Origin: a bacterium
GTDB lineage: Bacteria > Ratteibacteria > UBA8468 > B48-G9 > JAFGKM01
Direction: 5' to 3'
DNA length: 60,876 nucleotides
Assembly: GCA_035371905.1 (NCBI GenBank)
Contig: DAORXQ010000001.1
Coordinates: forward strand, 1 to 60,876
The position numbers and the translations under genes are program-made. The notes under the pieces were generated by a model. It had not been told where the DNA came from, did not search any database, and saw only the letters and a list, made by a program, of their open reading frames with translations. Positions 27,935 to 38,188 of this stretch are shown in pieces (position 1 is the first letter of the stretch; the number at the start of each line of letters is the position of its first letter).

Positions 27935-28993
27935 TTAATAGCCTTTCCTACATTCCTCTACAAATGCTTCAATGTTTTCAATAGGAACATCCGGTTCAAG
28001 AACATGAGTTGGAGATAAAATTAAAGCACCATCATAACCAATTTTTTCTTTTCTATCTCTTACAACTCTTTTAACCTCATCAGGTGTTCCAAAAGGCATT
28101 GTTGACTGAGTTCCAATGGTGCCATCAAAAACAATATATTTACCAAATTCTCTTTTAATTTTATAAATATCCATACATTCCGGTTGCAGCGGATTTAAAA
28201 TTGTTACGCCTATATCAATCAATTCTCCTATTATCTCTTCAATATTTCCATCACTATGATACCAGATTTGAATATCTGGTTTTATACTTTTTGCCTTTTC
28301 ATAAACCTTTTTCCACCTTGATTTTATAAATTTCCTCCACATCTCTTTTGAAAACATAAGATTTTTTTGATTTGCAACATCATCTCCTGTGGTTATCATG
28401 TCAACTCCTGCCTCTGCTGCAAACTGGGCTATTTTAATATTTCTATCTGTAAACCTGTCAAGTATATATTCACACCATGATGGGTTTTCTATCATATCTA
28501 CTAAAAATTCTTCATATCCCCGAATTTGCCATGAATTTTCATACATATGACCAACCCAGCATACTGTAACTTTCCCTTCCTTATGTGCTTTTTCAACTTT
28601 TTCTATCATACCTATTGGATTTAATTTTTCACTTTCTGGAAAAGGGAATTCTTCAATATCCTTTAATGACTTTGCATTTCTTAATGGACTTATATAGCCG
28701 GTAAAGTGATAATATTTTGCAGGAATTTCAAGGACACCAAGTGAATTTATAAAGGAACCTTCGGGTTTATCAATATCCACATAATATTTTGAAAAATCAA
28801 CTTCTCTTTTCTCTTCCTCTGGCTGGATACTTATAGGACTGAAAAAACCAAAAAAATCAGAAATTTTTCCCTCATCTATATTAAATTTTTCAATTATCCT
28901 TTTTTTTAAATCAGGTGTAAAACCTGCATGATATAGAAATGTATTATGGGGTCTGTGATTTACTGTCATTTTAAATATTTCAAATTGAGTCAT
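27935..28993 (-). CDS. Uroporphyrinogen decarboxylase (URO-D) family protein, probably a methyltransferase-like paralog rather than HemE
   Basis: URO-D/MtaA-like length and TIM-barrel pattern. The Met at 28993 is preceded by AAGGAG; the tracked ORF starts at 29017. Confidence 0.5.
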   Translation of the reverse strand: MTQFEIFKMTVNHRPHNTFLYHAGFTPDLKKRIIEKFNIDEGKISDFFGFFSPISIQPEEEKREVDFSKYYVDIDKPEGSFINSLGVLEIPAKYYHFTGYISPLRNAKSLKDIEEFPFPESEKLNPIGMIEKVEKAHKEGKVTVCWVGHMYENSWQIRGYEEFLVDMIENPSWCEYILDRFTDRNIKIAQFAAEAGVDMITTGDDVANQKNLMFSKEMWRKFIKSRWKKVYEKAKSIKPDIQIWYHSDGNIEEIIGELIDIGVTILNPLQPECMDIYKIKREFGKYIVFDGTIGTQSTMPFGTPDEVKRVVRDRKEKIGYDGALILSPTHVLEPDVPIENIEAFVEECRKGY

Positions 28994-29864
28994 TTTTTTC
29001 TCCTTTAAGTTTTTCAATTATCCTTTTTATATATCTAATATCCATCTTTGTCTGGTCAATCAAATCATCAATTTTAAGTTCTGAATATTCACTATGTATT
29101 GAAATAGGACCTGAAAATTTAATTTCAAATAATATATTTAAAACTTTTTCCCAGTCAACATATCCCTCACCCAGAGGAACAATTCTTATTTGCCAATTTT
29201 TCTTACCATCCACAAAAACTCTTTCCCTTTTTAAATCCTTGATAGCAACAGCACTTATATATTCTTTAACTATATCCACAGCCATATCTATTGGTTCTCC
29301 AACAATAGATAAATGCCCCGGGTCTAAAAAAACACCAACAAATTCCTCTGGAAATCCTTTTATTAAATTCATAACACTTGAACTATTCAAACTCATTGTT
29401 GAACCAGAATGATTATGTAAAAGAAACTTCACATCATATTTTTCCGCAATCTTTATAAATTTTTCTATTTTTTTCCTTATTTTTTCTACTGTTTTCCAGT
29501 AACCATCTTTCTCCATAAACCAGTATCCTATTTTTATAAGTTTTATTCCTGAAAACCCACAGGCAGAAAAAACTTTCTCCACAACCGGATTTTCAGGGTC
29601 ATTAAAATTTGTTGGAGTTGTTATCATAGAAATTGTAAGTCCTTCTTCTTCAAATTTCTTTACAGTAAGCGGCAGTTGGTTTTCTATATTTTCAGGATTA
29701 ACTGGATACTCTGGTCTGACACATAAATCTGCTCCATAAACACCCATTTCTTTTATTTTTTCAATAAGTTTATCAATATCCAGTTCCTTAAAGTGTTTTG
29801 TAAAAACAATTAAATTTTTATCTTCCATGTTCTTTATTTTATAATTCATGTATTTACTGGTCAA
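28980..29864 (-). CDS. Sugar phosphate isomerase/epimerase (xylose isomerase-like TIM barrel)
   Basis: Family-typical H-N-H..., DPGH and HSEY metal-ligand spacing (LLHNHSG, FLDPGHL, ISIHSEY). Confidence 0.6.
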   Translation of the reverse strand: MTSKYMNYKIKNMEDKNLIVFTKHFKELDIDKLIEKIKEMGVYGADLCVRPEYPVNPENIENQLPLTVKKFEEEGLTISMITTPTNFNDPENPVVEKVFSACGFSGIKLIKIGYWFMEKDGYWKTVEKIRKKIEKFIKIAEKYDVKFLLHNHSGSTMSLNSSSVMNLIKGFPEEFVGVFLDPGHLSIVGEPIDMAVDIVKEYISAVAIKDLKRERVFVDGKKNWQIRIVPLGEGYVDWEKVLNILFEIKFSGPISIHSEYSELKIDDLIDQTKMDIRYIKRIIEKLKGEKNDSI

Positions 29865-29869
29865 TTATC

Positions 29870-31150
29870 TTATTTATAAATCAGCCATAAAAGTAAACTC
29901 ACTCCTAAAACTGAAACTATACTGAAAGGAAGTCCAATTTTGACAAAATCACTAAATTTAACCTTATATCCATTTTTTCTTAAAATCCCGACACTCACAA
30001 TATTACAACTTGCTCCAATTGGTGTTATATTTCCACCAACACATGTTCCTATTAGAAGACCGAAAAGAAAAACATAAGGATTGGCATTCAATCTTTCACA
30101 TAAAATTTTTATTCCTGAAATCATAGCCATTGTGTAAGGAATATTATCAACAAAAGCAGAAATAAAAACACTTATCCAGACAATCATTAAATAAATAATA
30201 AATTCATTTTTGCCTGTTTTTAAAAGAAAATTCGCAATATCTTCAACAATTCCAACTTTCTTTAAAGAACCAACAAGTATAAATATTCCAATAAGTAAAA
30301 AGAAACTCTCCCAGTCAATTTCTTTTAAGTCAACCTTTTCTGCTTTTTTTATAAATAACCATAAAAAACCTATAAAACCGTAGGCAAGGCAGATAATAGC
30401 AGGGAAATAGGAAAAATGTTCTTGAAAAAAAGAAGTTATTGCAAGAGAAAAAATAAGTAAAATCAGTAAAAATGTTGGAAAAAAAGAATTTATTTTATGT
30501 TTTTCTTCAAAGTCCTTATGTATTTCCTTTTCTTTTTTGAAAAAAAGATAAAGAATAAATAAACCCAAAATCGCTCCGAATTCAACAAAGAAAAATATTC
30601 CGGGCTTTCCGGAAATTGCTCCGATTTTATGAGATGGCATATAGAAAAAATCATTAAAGTTTAAACCAGATTCCATTGCAAGGATTATACTGGGACTATC
30701 TCCAACCATAGTAGCACAACCCTGTAAATTTGAACTTACTGCCATTCCTACAAAAAGAGGCACTGGATTTATTTTATATTTCTTTGTAAATTCAAGAGCA
30801 ATTGGAGCCATAATCATAACGGTAGCAATATTTTCAACAAAAGCAGAAATTAAACCGGTAATTAAACATATCAGCAAAAAAATAATACCTGTTGGATACT
30901 GTTTTTCAACAATGCTATCAACTATATGAGAGGGAACTCCTGAATATGCAAAAAGATATGAAAGAATACTTGTACCAAGAAAAATACCAAGAACATTATA
31001 ATTTATGAACTTAAAAATTTCAGAAAATACAATTATCCTTAATATCAAAAGCAGGAGAACAGCACCAAAAACAAAATAAAATCCTTTTTCTCTTTTCAAA
31101 ACAATTCCTGTATAGGCAATCAAAAAAATCAAAAGTGTTGTAAGTTTCAT
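29870..31150 (-). CDS. ArsB/NhaD-superfamily (CitMHS-like) anion permease
   Basis: About 12 TM segments with an internal duplicated pattern. The start Met overlaps the uvrD stop (TGATG). Confidence 0.55.
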   Translation of the reverse strand: MKLTTLLIFLIAYTGIVLKREKGFYFVFGAVLLLLILRIIVFSEIFKFINYNVLGIFLGTSILSYLFAYSGVPSHIVDSIVEKQYPTGIIFLLICLITGLISAFVENIATVMIMAPIALEFTKKYKINPVPLFVGMAVSSNLQGCATMVGDSPSIILAMESGLNFNDFFYMPSHKIGAISGKPGIFFFVEFGAILGLFILYLFFKKEKEIHKDFEEKHKINSFFPTFLLILLIFSLAITSFFQEHFSYFPAIICLAYGFIGFLWLFIKKAEKVDLKEIDWESFFLLIGIFILVGSLKKVGIVEDIANFLLKTGKNEFIIYLMIVWISVFISAFVDNIPYTMAMISGIKILCERLNANPYVFLFGLLIGTCVGGNITPIGASCNIVSVGILRKNGYKVKFSDFVKIGLPFSIVSVLGVSLLLWLIYK

Positions 31151-33057
31151 CAAGATAAATCCCATTCTTCGTATAAATCAGGGGAAACTTCTTCAATAAA
31201 TATGGATTTTTTTACTGGCATATATCTATAAAAATCATAAGAATAATAAGTTATATACAGGTCTTCTTTTGCTCTTGTTATTCCCACATAAAAAATCCTC
31301 CTTTCTTCTTCAAGAGCCACCGGGTCTTTTTTAGAATAAGGATGTGGGAAATGATTATCACAAACACCAATTATAAAAACAATTTTCCATTCAAGTCCTT
31401 TTGCCTGATGTATAGTTGAAAGAACAACCGCATTTTTTATATTTGGACTTTCTCCTTTTGAATATTCCTGTAAAGACGCTTCTGATAAAAAATCAGAAAT
31501 GTTTGAGTAAAAAGATGCAATCTCTTTCAAACTTTTTATATCTTCCAACCTTTCTACATCATCTTTATATTTTTTGATTAAATATCTTGTATATCCTGAA
31601 TTCAAAATAAGTTCAATCCCTTCTGCAATTGATTGTTTTTTTAAATCTTCAATAATTTTAATCTGCTTTTCTAAACTATTTTTACCCTTTTTTATCAATT
31701 TTACTTCATCTATTTTATTTTTAAAATCTTCCAGATTTTCTGATTTAAGAATCAAATTTATTATTCTTTCTACTCCTTTTTCTCCTATTCCTTCACTTAT
31801 GTTCAATATTCTCCTCCATGAAAGAATATCTTTAAAATTTTCTTCAACTCTAAAATAAGCAACAATATCCTTAATATGCGCCTGCTCAAAGAACCTTAAA
31901 CCACCTCTTATTATATATGGAATTTTTAATTTTGTAAGTTCAATTTCAAGTTCTGCTGCCTGATACCTTGAACGGAATAAAACTCCTATTTCATTTGGTT
32001 CTATCCTAAGTTCTATTAACTTATTTATTCTCTGAGATATAAAAATTGCTTCTTCTTTCATATTTCTACATTTAACAACAACAGGTTTTACTCCATTCTT
32101 TCTTATACTTACAAGATTTTTGGGAAACTGAATTTTATTATGGGATATTACATTATTTGCAAAATTCAAGATTTCTGGAATACTTCTGTAGTTTATGTCA
32201 AGATAAAAGATTTTTGTTCCTGGATATATTTTTGGAAATTCTATTATATTTTCAATTGTAGCACCTCTGAATGAATATATACTTTGTGCATCATCGCCAA
32301 CAACCATAATATTTTTATGTTTCATTGAAAGCAAATAAAGAATTTTTGCTTGAAGTTTATTAGTATCATGATATTCATCAACAAGTATATACTCAAAACG
32401 TGAAGAAATTTTCTCTCCAGTAATCTCATTCCTCATAAGTTTCAACCAGTAAACAAGTAAATCATCATAATCAAGTTGATTTAAATTTTTTTTGGCTTTC
32501 TGATACTCTTTATAAACCTTTTCTACCTCTGAAATTAAGAAAGCATATTCAGGAAAAAAATTTATTATTGTTTCTTTTAAACTTTCACATGTATTGATTG
32601 ACAAACTTATAAATTCTTTTATTTTTGAAGGATGAGGGAATTGGTCTTTTTTACCTGTTTTTTCTATTATTTCTTTAATAATTGAAACTGAGTCCTCTTC
32701 ATCAAGTATTGTAAAATTTGGATTTATATTTATTTCTTTCCCGTATATTTTCAAAAGTAAATTTGCAACATGATGAAAAGTCCCTCCTAAAAGACCCTTT
32801 GGATAAATCGTCAAAATTTTTTCAACTCTTTCAAGCATTTCTTTCGCTACTTTATTTGTAAAAGTTAAAAGTAGAATTTTTGATGGAGGAACCCCTTTTT
32901 CTATAAGATAACACACTCTGTAAACCAGAACTCTTGTTTTTCCACTTCCTGCTCCAGCAAGAACAAGACATGGACCTTCTGCATTTTTCACTATCTCAAA
33001 TTGTTTCTCATTCAGTTTTTCTTCATATGAAATTTTGGGATAAACATTAATACTCAT
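31150..33057 (-). CDS. ATP-dependent DNA helicase, UvrD/PcrA/Rep family
   Basis: Motif I AGAGSGKT, motif II VDEYHDTN, later QAKGLEW and YVGITRAK. Confidence 0.88.
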   Translation of the reverse strand: MSINVYPKISYEEKLNEKQFEIVKNAEGPCLVLAGAGSGKTRVLVYRVCYLIEKGVPPSKILLLTFTNKVAKEMLERVEKILTIYPKGLLGGTFHHVANLLLKIYGKEININPNFTILDEEDSVSIIKEIIEKTGKKDQFPHPSKIKEFISLSINTCESLKETIINFFPEYAFLISEVEKVYKEYQKAKKNLNQLDYDDLLVYWLKLMRNEITGEKISSRFEYILVDEYHDTNKLQAKILYLLSMKHKNIMVVGDDAQSIYSFRGATIENIIEFPKIYPGTKIFYLDINYRSIPEILNFANNVISHNKIQFPKNLVSIRKNGVKPVVVKCRNMKEEAIFISQRINKLIELRIEPNEIGVLFRSRYQAAELEIELTKLKIPYIIRGGLRFFEQAHIKDIVAYFRVEENFKDILSWRRILNISEGIGEKGVERIINLILKSENLEDFKNKIDEVKLIKKGKNSLEKQIKIIEDLKKQSIAEGIELILNSGYTRYLIKKYKDDVERLEDIKSLKEIASFYSNISDFLSEASLQEYSKGESPNIKNAVVLSTIHQAKGLEWKIVFIIGVCDNHFPHPYSKKDPVALEEERRIFYVGITRAKEDLYITYYSYDFYRYMPVKKSIFIEEVSPDLYEEWDLS

Positions 33058-33977
33058 ACTTTTCTTCCAATTGTAAGATATAAAACAGCCATTCTAACAG
33101 CAATTCCATTTGTCACCTGTTCAAGAATTAGAGATTTTTCTTTTTCTGCAATCTCTGATTTTATTTCTATACCCCTGTTCATTGGACCTGGATGCATTAT
33201 AAATGTCCTTTTCTTCATTTTTTCATATTTTTCAATATCCAGTCCATAAAGAAAACTGTATTCTTTTAAAGATGGAAGGAAATTTTCTTTCTGTCTTTCT
33301 CTTTGAAGTCGTAAAAGATAAACAATATCTGCATCTTCTATTGCCTTTTCAAGATGATAGGTAACTTTTATACCTATGTTTTCAATATCTTTTGGTATTA
33401 AAGGAGGTGGTCCACAAACACAAACTTCTGCTCCAAGTTTTTTAAATCCCCAAATATTCGACCTTGCAACTCTACTATGTAAAATATCTCCAATAATAGA
33501 AATTTTAATGCCTTTGATTTTACCGAATTTTTCTTTAACAGTAAATAAGTCAAGAAGTGCTTGAGTTGGATGTTCATGACACCCATCTCCTGCGTTTATT
33601 ACAGAAGCAGAAACATTTTTACTTATAATCTCAGGTGCACCTGAAACAGAATGCCTTACAATAAAGCAATCAACTTTCATTGCTTCTATATTTTTTGCAG
33701 TATCAACAATTGTCTCACCTTTTGAAACAGAAGATGAACTTACATCAAAACTTAAAACATCAGCACTTAATCTTTTTGCAGCAAGTTCAAAAGAAGTTCT
33801 TGTCCTTGTACTTGGCTCAAAGAAAAGATTAACAACAGTTTTACCTCTTAAAGCAGGAACTTTTTTAACAGAACGGGTACTTACATCTTTAAATGAGTCA
33901 GCAACTTCAAGAATAATTTCTATTTCTTCTTTACTTAAATTTTCAAGCCCTATAAGGTCTTTCCTTTTCCATTCCAT
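33054..33977 (-). CDS. pyrB: Aspartate carbamoyltransferase catalytic subunit
   Basis: FFEPSTRTRTSFE, HPTQALLD, HPGP motifs. Confidence 0.92.
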   Translation of the reverse strand: MEWKRKDLIGLENLSKEEIEIILEVADSFKDVSTRSVKKVPALRGKTVVNLFFEPSTRTRTSFELAAKRLSADVLSFDVSSSSVSKGETIVDTAKNIEAMKVDCFIVRHSVSGAPEIISKNVSASVINAGDGCHEHPTQALLDLFTVKEKFGKIKGIKISIIGDILHSRVARSNIWGFKKLGAEVCVCGPPPLIPKDIENIGIKVTYHLEKAIEDADIVYLLRLQRERQKENFLPSLKEYSFLYGLDIEKYEKMKKRTFIMHPGPMNRGIEIKSEIAEKEKSLILEQVTNGIAVRMAVLYLTIGRKV

Positions 33978-34489
33978 TTTTTTACTATGACAACCTCATC
34001 TTTTTTATCTATTTCTTTTAATCTTACCTCAACCATTTCATCTTCTCCAATATCAACTTTCTTACCGAAATAATCAGGACATACAGGTAATTCTCTATGC
34101 CCTCTATCAACAAGAACAAAAAGTTTAACAAATTTAGGTCTTCCAAGGTCAATTAAAGCATCAAGTGCTGCCCTTACAGTCCTTCCTGTGTACAAAACAT
34201 CATCAACCAAAATAACTTTTTTATCGTCTATATCAAATAGAATTTCAGTTGTACCAACTACTGGATGAGCACCTATTTTACTGAAATCATCTCTATAAAA
34301 TGTTATATCAAGGTATCCAACAGGTATTTCTTTTTTTAAAATTTCTTTAATTCTGTCTGCAATTATTGCACCCCTTCTCTTTATTCCTATAATTACAAGG
34401 TTATCTAAACCAATCTCTTTTTCAATTATCTCTGCCATTTGTTTCAAAATTTCCAATATTTCCTCTCTGTCCATAATTTTCTTTTCCAT
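33950..34489 (-). CDS. pyrR: PyrR bifunctional pyrimidine regulator/uracil phosphoribosyltransferase
   Basis: PRPP loop VILVDDVLYTGRTVRAA. Sits directly upstream of pyrB. Confidence 0.88.
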   Translation of the reverse strand: MEKKIMDREEILEILKQMAEIIEKEIGLDNLVIIGIKRRGAIIADRIKEILKKEIPVGYLDITFYRDDFSKIGAHPVVGTTEILFDIDDKKVILVDDVLYTGRTVRAALDALIDLGRPKFVKLFVLVDRGHRELPVCPDYFGKKVDIGEDEMVEVRLKEIDKKDEVVIVKKWNGKGKTL

Positions 34490-34495
34490 ACTTTT

Positions 34496-34504
34496 ATATT
34501 ACCA
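34496..34504 (-). promoter_or_regulatory. Extended -10 TGgTAATAT, 6 nt upstream of the pyrR ATG (leaderless candidate)
   Basis: The minus strand reads tgTGGTAATATaaaagtATG. Confidence 0.4.
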
Positions 34505-34534
34505 CAAAAAATTTAAGAGGAAAACTTGAAAATG

Positions 34535-34543
34535 TGTTATAAT
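34535..34543 (+). promoter_or_regulatory. Extended -10 TGtTATAAT for the GH42 gene
   Basis: Read directly. About 38 nt upstream of the ATG at 34582, which has SD AAGGAG. Confidence 0.4.
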
Positions 34544-34581
34544 AAAAGCAAAATTTTGAAAATTTAAAAGGAGAAGAAAAA

Positions 34582-36681
34582 ATGTTCATAGGAGTTCAGT
34601 ATTATAGACCGCCTTTTCCTGAAAAAAAGTTCTGGGATGAGGACCTTAAAAAAATAAAAGAAACAGGGATAGATGTGATTCAATTATGGGCATGCTGGGG
34701 ATGGATTGAAAATTCTCCCGGAAATTTTAATTTTGAAGATTATGATTACTTGATTGAAAGGGCAATAAAGTTAAATCTAAAAGTTGTTATAAGCACAATT
34801 GCGGAAATTCAACCTTTCTGGATTGAAAGAGAAGTTCCTGATGGAATTATGGTAGACCATCTTGGAAGAAAAGTAAAATCTATAACAAGAAAAGAGTGTA
34901 TTGTAGGATTAACTCCAGGTGGATGTACAGACCACCCGAAAATAAGAGATTATATGATAGGTTTTTTAAAAGAAATAGGTAAAAGATACGGGAAAATTGA
35001 TGAAGTTATTGGATGGGATTGCTGGAATGAAACAAGATGGAATGTTCATTCTACAGGATATGTTTGCTATTGTCCAGAAACAATTAAAAAATTTAGAGAT
35101 TATTTAAAGATTAAGTATAAAAGTATTGAAGGACTGAATGAAGCATGGAAACGAAGATATATTTTATGGGACGATGTTTTACCTGGAACTACTTACGGCA
35201 AGGGATGTACAGAATTAATTGAATTTTTAAACTTTCTTTCCTATCGTGCATCTGAAATAATGAAATTTCGTGCTCAAAGTTTAAGAGAAGTTGGTGTTAA
35301 AGGTATTATAACTGCTCACTGTGCCGCTCCTTCAATTCTTTCAACTGGCTGGGAATGGGAACAACCTTTATGTAGAGGGAATGACTGGGATTTTTTACAA
35401 TATCTGGATGGCTATGGATGTTCTCATTTTCCTTTCTGGGGTAAATTTGATGATAGAATTTTTGGTATAAGGGTTGAATCTGTAAGAAGTGCCAATCAGG
35501 GTAAAATTTTATGGGTTAGTGAACTTCAGGGAGGTTCTGCAAGAGATGGACTTTCTGCAAATTTACCTGTTGAGGCAAAAGCACAACAGAGATGGGTATG
35601 GAATGCTTTTGGAAGAGGTGCTAAAGGATTGATTTTCTGGTGCTGGAAAGATGAGGTATTTGGTCATGAATCAGGTGGGTTTGGTATAAGTGGAAATGAT
35701 GGTATGGCAGAAAATAGATTGAAAGAACTTAAAGAAACTTCTATTTTTCTTAAAAAATATGATTTGCTACTAGAAAATTATAAACCAGTTACTCCTTCGG
35801 TTGGAATTTTATTTGAACCTTTAAATTACTTCCTTGAATGGTCTTTTGAGGGTAAAGTTGAAAAGTCAGTTGAAAGTTTAACCGGCTATTTAAAAGTTCT
35901 TGAAGATTTAAACATTCCTTATGAAGTTGTTGAAAGCAGTCATACAGATATTCTGAAAAATTTAAAATTTTTGATATTACCATTCCCTCTTGTAATTACA
36001 GATAAAATCTCAAAAATTATAGAAACTTTTATTGAAAAGGGAGGGATTATTTTAACAGAAGGAGACATGGGTGCTTTTAATGAACTTGCTTTTTACCGAT
36101 ATCCCGGACAGGACAGGGAACTTCCCTATAAACTTGGAATATCCCCTGTTATGGATAGACAGTTAATTGAAAAAGAATATTTTAATTTAAAAATAGACAA
36201 TAAAATTTTTAAACTTAAATCTTCATTATGGATAAGCCCTTTAAACGAAAAAAACAATAAAGTTCTTGCAAAAGATGAGAAAGGTAGAGTAGTTGCAGTT
36301 TTAAGTAATTTTGGCAAAGGAACAATTTATGCTTTCGGAACATTTTTAGGGATTAACTATGGAAAGGATAAGGAATTTGATAAAAACTTTAAAGATTTTA
36401 TTTTTTATCTTTTTAAAAAACATAATTGCTTACCCCAGATAAAACTTGAAAAACAGAAAGAAGTTATTTATAGATTTGGTAAAAGCGGTGAAAATACACT
36501 CCTTTTTGTAATAAATCCAGCAAAAACAAAAAGAATAACTTTCAAAATCCCTGAAGATTTATTAAAAAATACTATTATAGATGTAAGGAAAAATAGAGAA
36601 ATAAAATTAAGAAAAAAAGAAAATGATGAAATTAATTTAGAACTTCATCATTATTCATGGGACCTTTTTATTTTTAAATGA
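34582..36681 (+). CDS. Beta-galactosidase, glycoside hydrolase family 42
   Basis: The N-terminus GVQYYRPPFPEKKFWDEDLKKIKETGIDVIQL is typical of GH42. 699 aa with a three-domain length. Confidence 0.8.
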   Translation: MFIGVQYYRPPFPEKKFWDEDLKKIKETGIDVIQLWACWGWIENSPGNFNFEDYDYLIERAIKLNLKVVISTIAEIQPFWIEREVPDGIMVDHLGRKVKSITRKECIVGLTPGGCTDHPKIRDYMIGFLKEIGKRYGKIDEVIGWDCWNETRWNVHSTGYVCYCPETIKKFRDYLKIKYKSIEGLNEAWKRRYILWDDVLPGTTYGKGCTELIEFLNFLSYRASEIMKFRAQSLREVGVKGIITAHCAAPSILSTGWEWEQPLCRGNDWDFLQYLDGYGCSHFPFWGKFDDRIFGIRVESVRSANQGKILWVSELQGGSARDGLSANLPVEAKAQQRWVWNAFGRGAKGLIFWCWKDEVFGHESGGFGISGNDGMAENRLKELKETSIFLKKYDLLLENYKPVTPSVGILFEPLNYFLEWSFEGKVEKSVESLTGYLKVLEDLNIPYEVVESSHTDILKNLKFLILPFPLVITDKISKIIETFIEKGGIILTEGDMGAFNELAFYRYPGQDRELPYKLGISPVMDRQLIEKEYFNLKIDNKIFKLKSSLWISPLNEKNNKVLAKDEKGRVVAVLSNFGKGTIYAFGTFLGINYGKDKEFDKNFKDFIFYLFKKHNCLPQIKLEKQKEVIYRFGKSGENTLLFVINPAKTKRITFKIPEDLLKNTIIDVRKNREIKLRKKENDEINLELHHYSWDLFIFK

Positions 36682-36688
36682 TTATAAT

Positions 36689-38086
36689 TTAAGGTTTTTC
36701 AGAAACTTTCCATCTTGTTCCATAAGGTGTATCTTCAAGTATTATTCCTTTCTCTTTCAAAATTCCCCTTATTCTATCTGCTTTTTCAAACTCCTTATTT
36801 TTTCTTGCTTTTTCCCTTTCCTTAATTAAATTTAAAATCTCTTCAGGTAATGTCTCCTGTCTTTTTTCAATTATACATAATACCTTATCAATTCCTTCAA
36901 TAAAATCCTTAACTTCTTTCACATTCTCTTTCCCGAATTCTCCCTTTGAGAAAAAGACATTTACTTTTTTTATAAAGTTGAAGATACTTGATAAACCAGA
37001 TGAAATATTTAAATCATCAGAAAGTCCTTCAATAAACCCTTTTTTTGCTTTTTCTATTTCTTCCTTTATTTCTGGATTATACTTCTCAGAACCACATATA
37101 TTTAAACCCTGATAAAACTCATTATAATTTCTGACAGTATTTTCTGCCTGCTTTAATGAACTTTCTGTAAAGTTTAAAGGGTCTCTGTAATGAGTTGAAA
37201 GTAAAAGATATCTAATAGCAACTGGATTATAACCTTTATTAAGCAAGTCCCTCAAAGTATAAAAATTCCCTTTTGATTTTGACATCTTTTCACCATTTAC
37301 AAGTAAATGAGCACAGTGAAGCCAGAAATTTACAAATTTTTTGCCTGTCGCACCTTCACTTTGAGCAATTTCATTTTCGTGATGTGGAAATATGTTATCA
37401 ACTCCTCCTGTATGAATATCAAATGTCTCTCCAAGATACTTCATGCTCATTGCTGAACATTCTATATGCCAGCCGGGTCTTCCTTTTCCAATTTCTGTTT
37501 CCCACCAGACTCCTTCATCTTCCTTTGCTTTTTTCCACAAAACAAAATCCCTCACATCCTCTTTTTCATATTCATCTGTATCTACCCTTGCTCCAATTTT
37601 TATTTTAGATAAATCTATTCCTGAAAGTTTTCCATAAGAAGGGAATTTTGAAATGCTGAAATAAACTGAACCATCTTTATAATAAGCATATCCTTTCTCA
37701 AGTAATTTCTTTATAAGTTCAACCATTTCTTTAATATGTTCTGTTGCTCTTGGTAGAAAATCTGGTTTTTTTAATCTCAATGTCTCCATATCTTCAAGAA
37801 AAATCTTTATGTATCTATCCGTGTATTCTTTTAAACTTATACCTTCTTTTTTTGCTCCTTTAATTGTCTTATCATCAACATCTGTAATATTCATAACTCT
37901 TACAACTTTATAATCCATAAATTCAAGATATCTGTGAAGCAGGTCCTCAAAAACATAAGCACGGAAATTACCAATATGGGCAAGGTCATAAACAGTAGGT
38001 CCACAGGTATACATTTTCACAAATCTATCACTAATCGGATAAAAATCCTCTTTTTTCTTTGTAAGTGTATTATAGAATTTAATCAT
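36689..38086 (-). CDS. cysS: Cysteine--tRNA ligase
   Basis: HIGN and KMSKSKGN class I signatures; CGPTVYD. Confidence 0.93.
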   Translation of the reverse strand: MIKFYNTLTKKKEDFYPISDRFVKMYTCGPTVYDLAHIGNFRAYVFEDLLHRYLEFMDYKVVRVMNITDVDDKTIKGAKKEGISLKEYTDRYIKIFLEDMETLRLKKPDFLPRATEHIKEMVELIKKLLEKGYAYYKDGSVYFSISKFPSYGKLSGIDLSKIKIGARVDTDEYEKEDVRDFVLWKKAKEDEGVWWETEIGKGRPGWHIECSAMSMKYLGETFDIHTGGVDNIFPHHENEIAQSEGATGKKFVNFWLHCAHLLVNGEKMSKSKGNFYTLRDLLNKGYNPVAIRYLLLSTHYRDPLNFTESSLKQAENTVRNYNEFYQGLNICGSEKYNPEIKEEIEKAKKGFIEGLSDDLNISSGLSSIFNFIKKVNVFFSKGEFGKENVKEVKDFIEGIDKVLCIIEKRQETLPEEILNLIKEREKARKNKEFEKADRIRGILKEKGIILEDTPYGTRWKVSEKP

Positions 38087-38137
38087 TTTTTCTCCTTATT
38101 AAGTATTTTATCACATTAATGAGGATATACATAAATT

Positions 38138-38166
38138 TTGACAAAAACAAAAAATGGGAATAAAAT
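38138..38166 (+). promoter_or_regulatory. Sigma70-type promoter TTGACA-N17-TAAAAT for serA
   Basis: Counted directly. SD AAAGGAG precedes the ATG at 38189. Confidence 0.5.
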
Positions 38167-38188
38167 TTAAATTTAAAGGAGTAAATTA

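Noticed and set aside
34490-34581. Looked for a PyrR-binding attenuator (conserved ..UCCAGAGAGG.. loop) in the pyrR-pyrB leader
   Set aside because: No such motif exists on either strand. The -10 box sits 6 nt from the ATG, so there is essentially no leader. PyrR, if regulatory, must act elsewhere.
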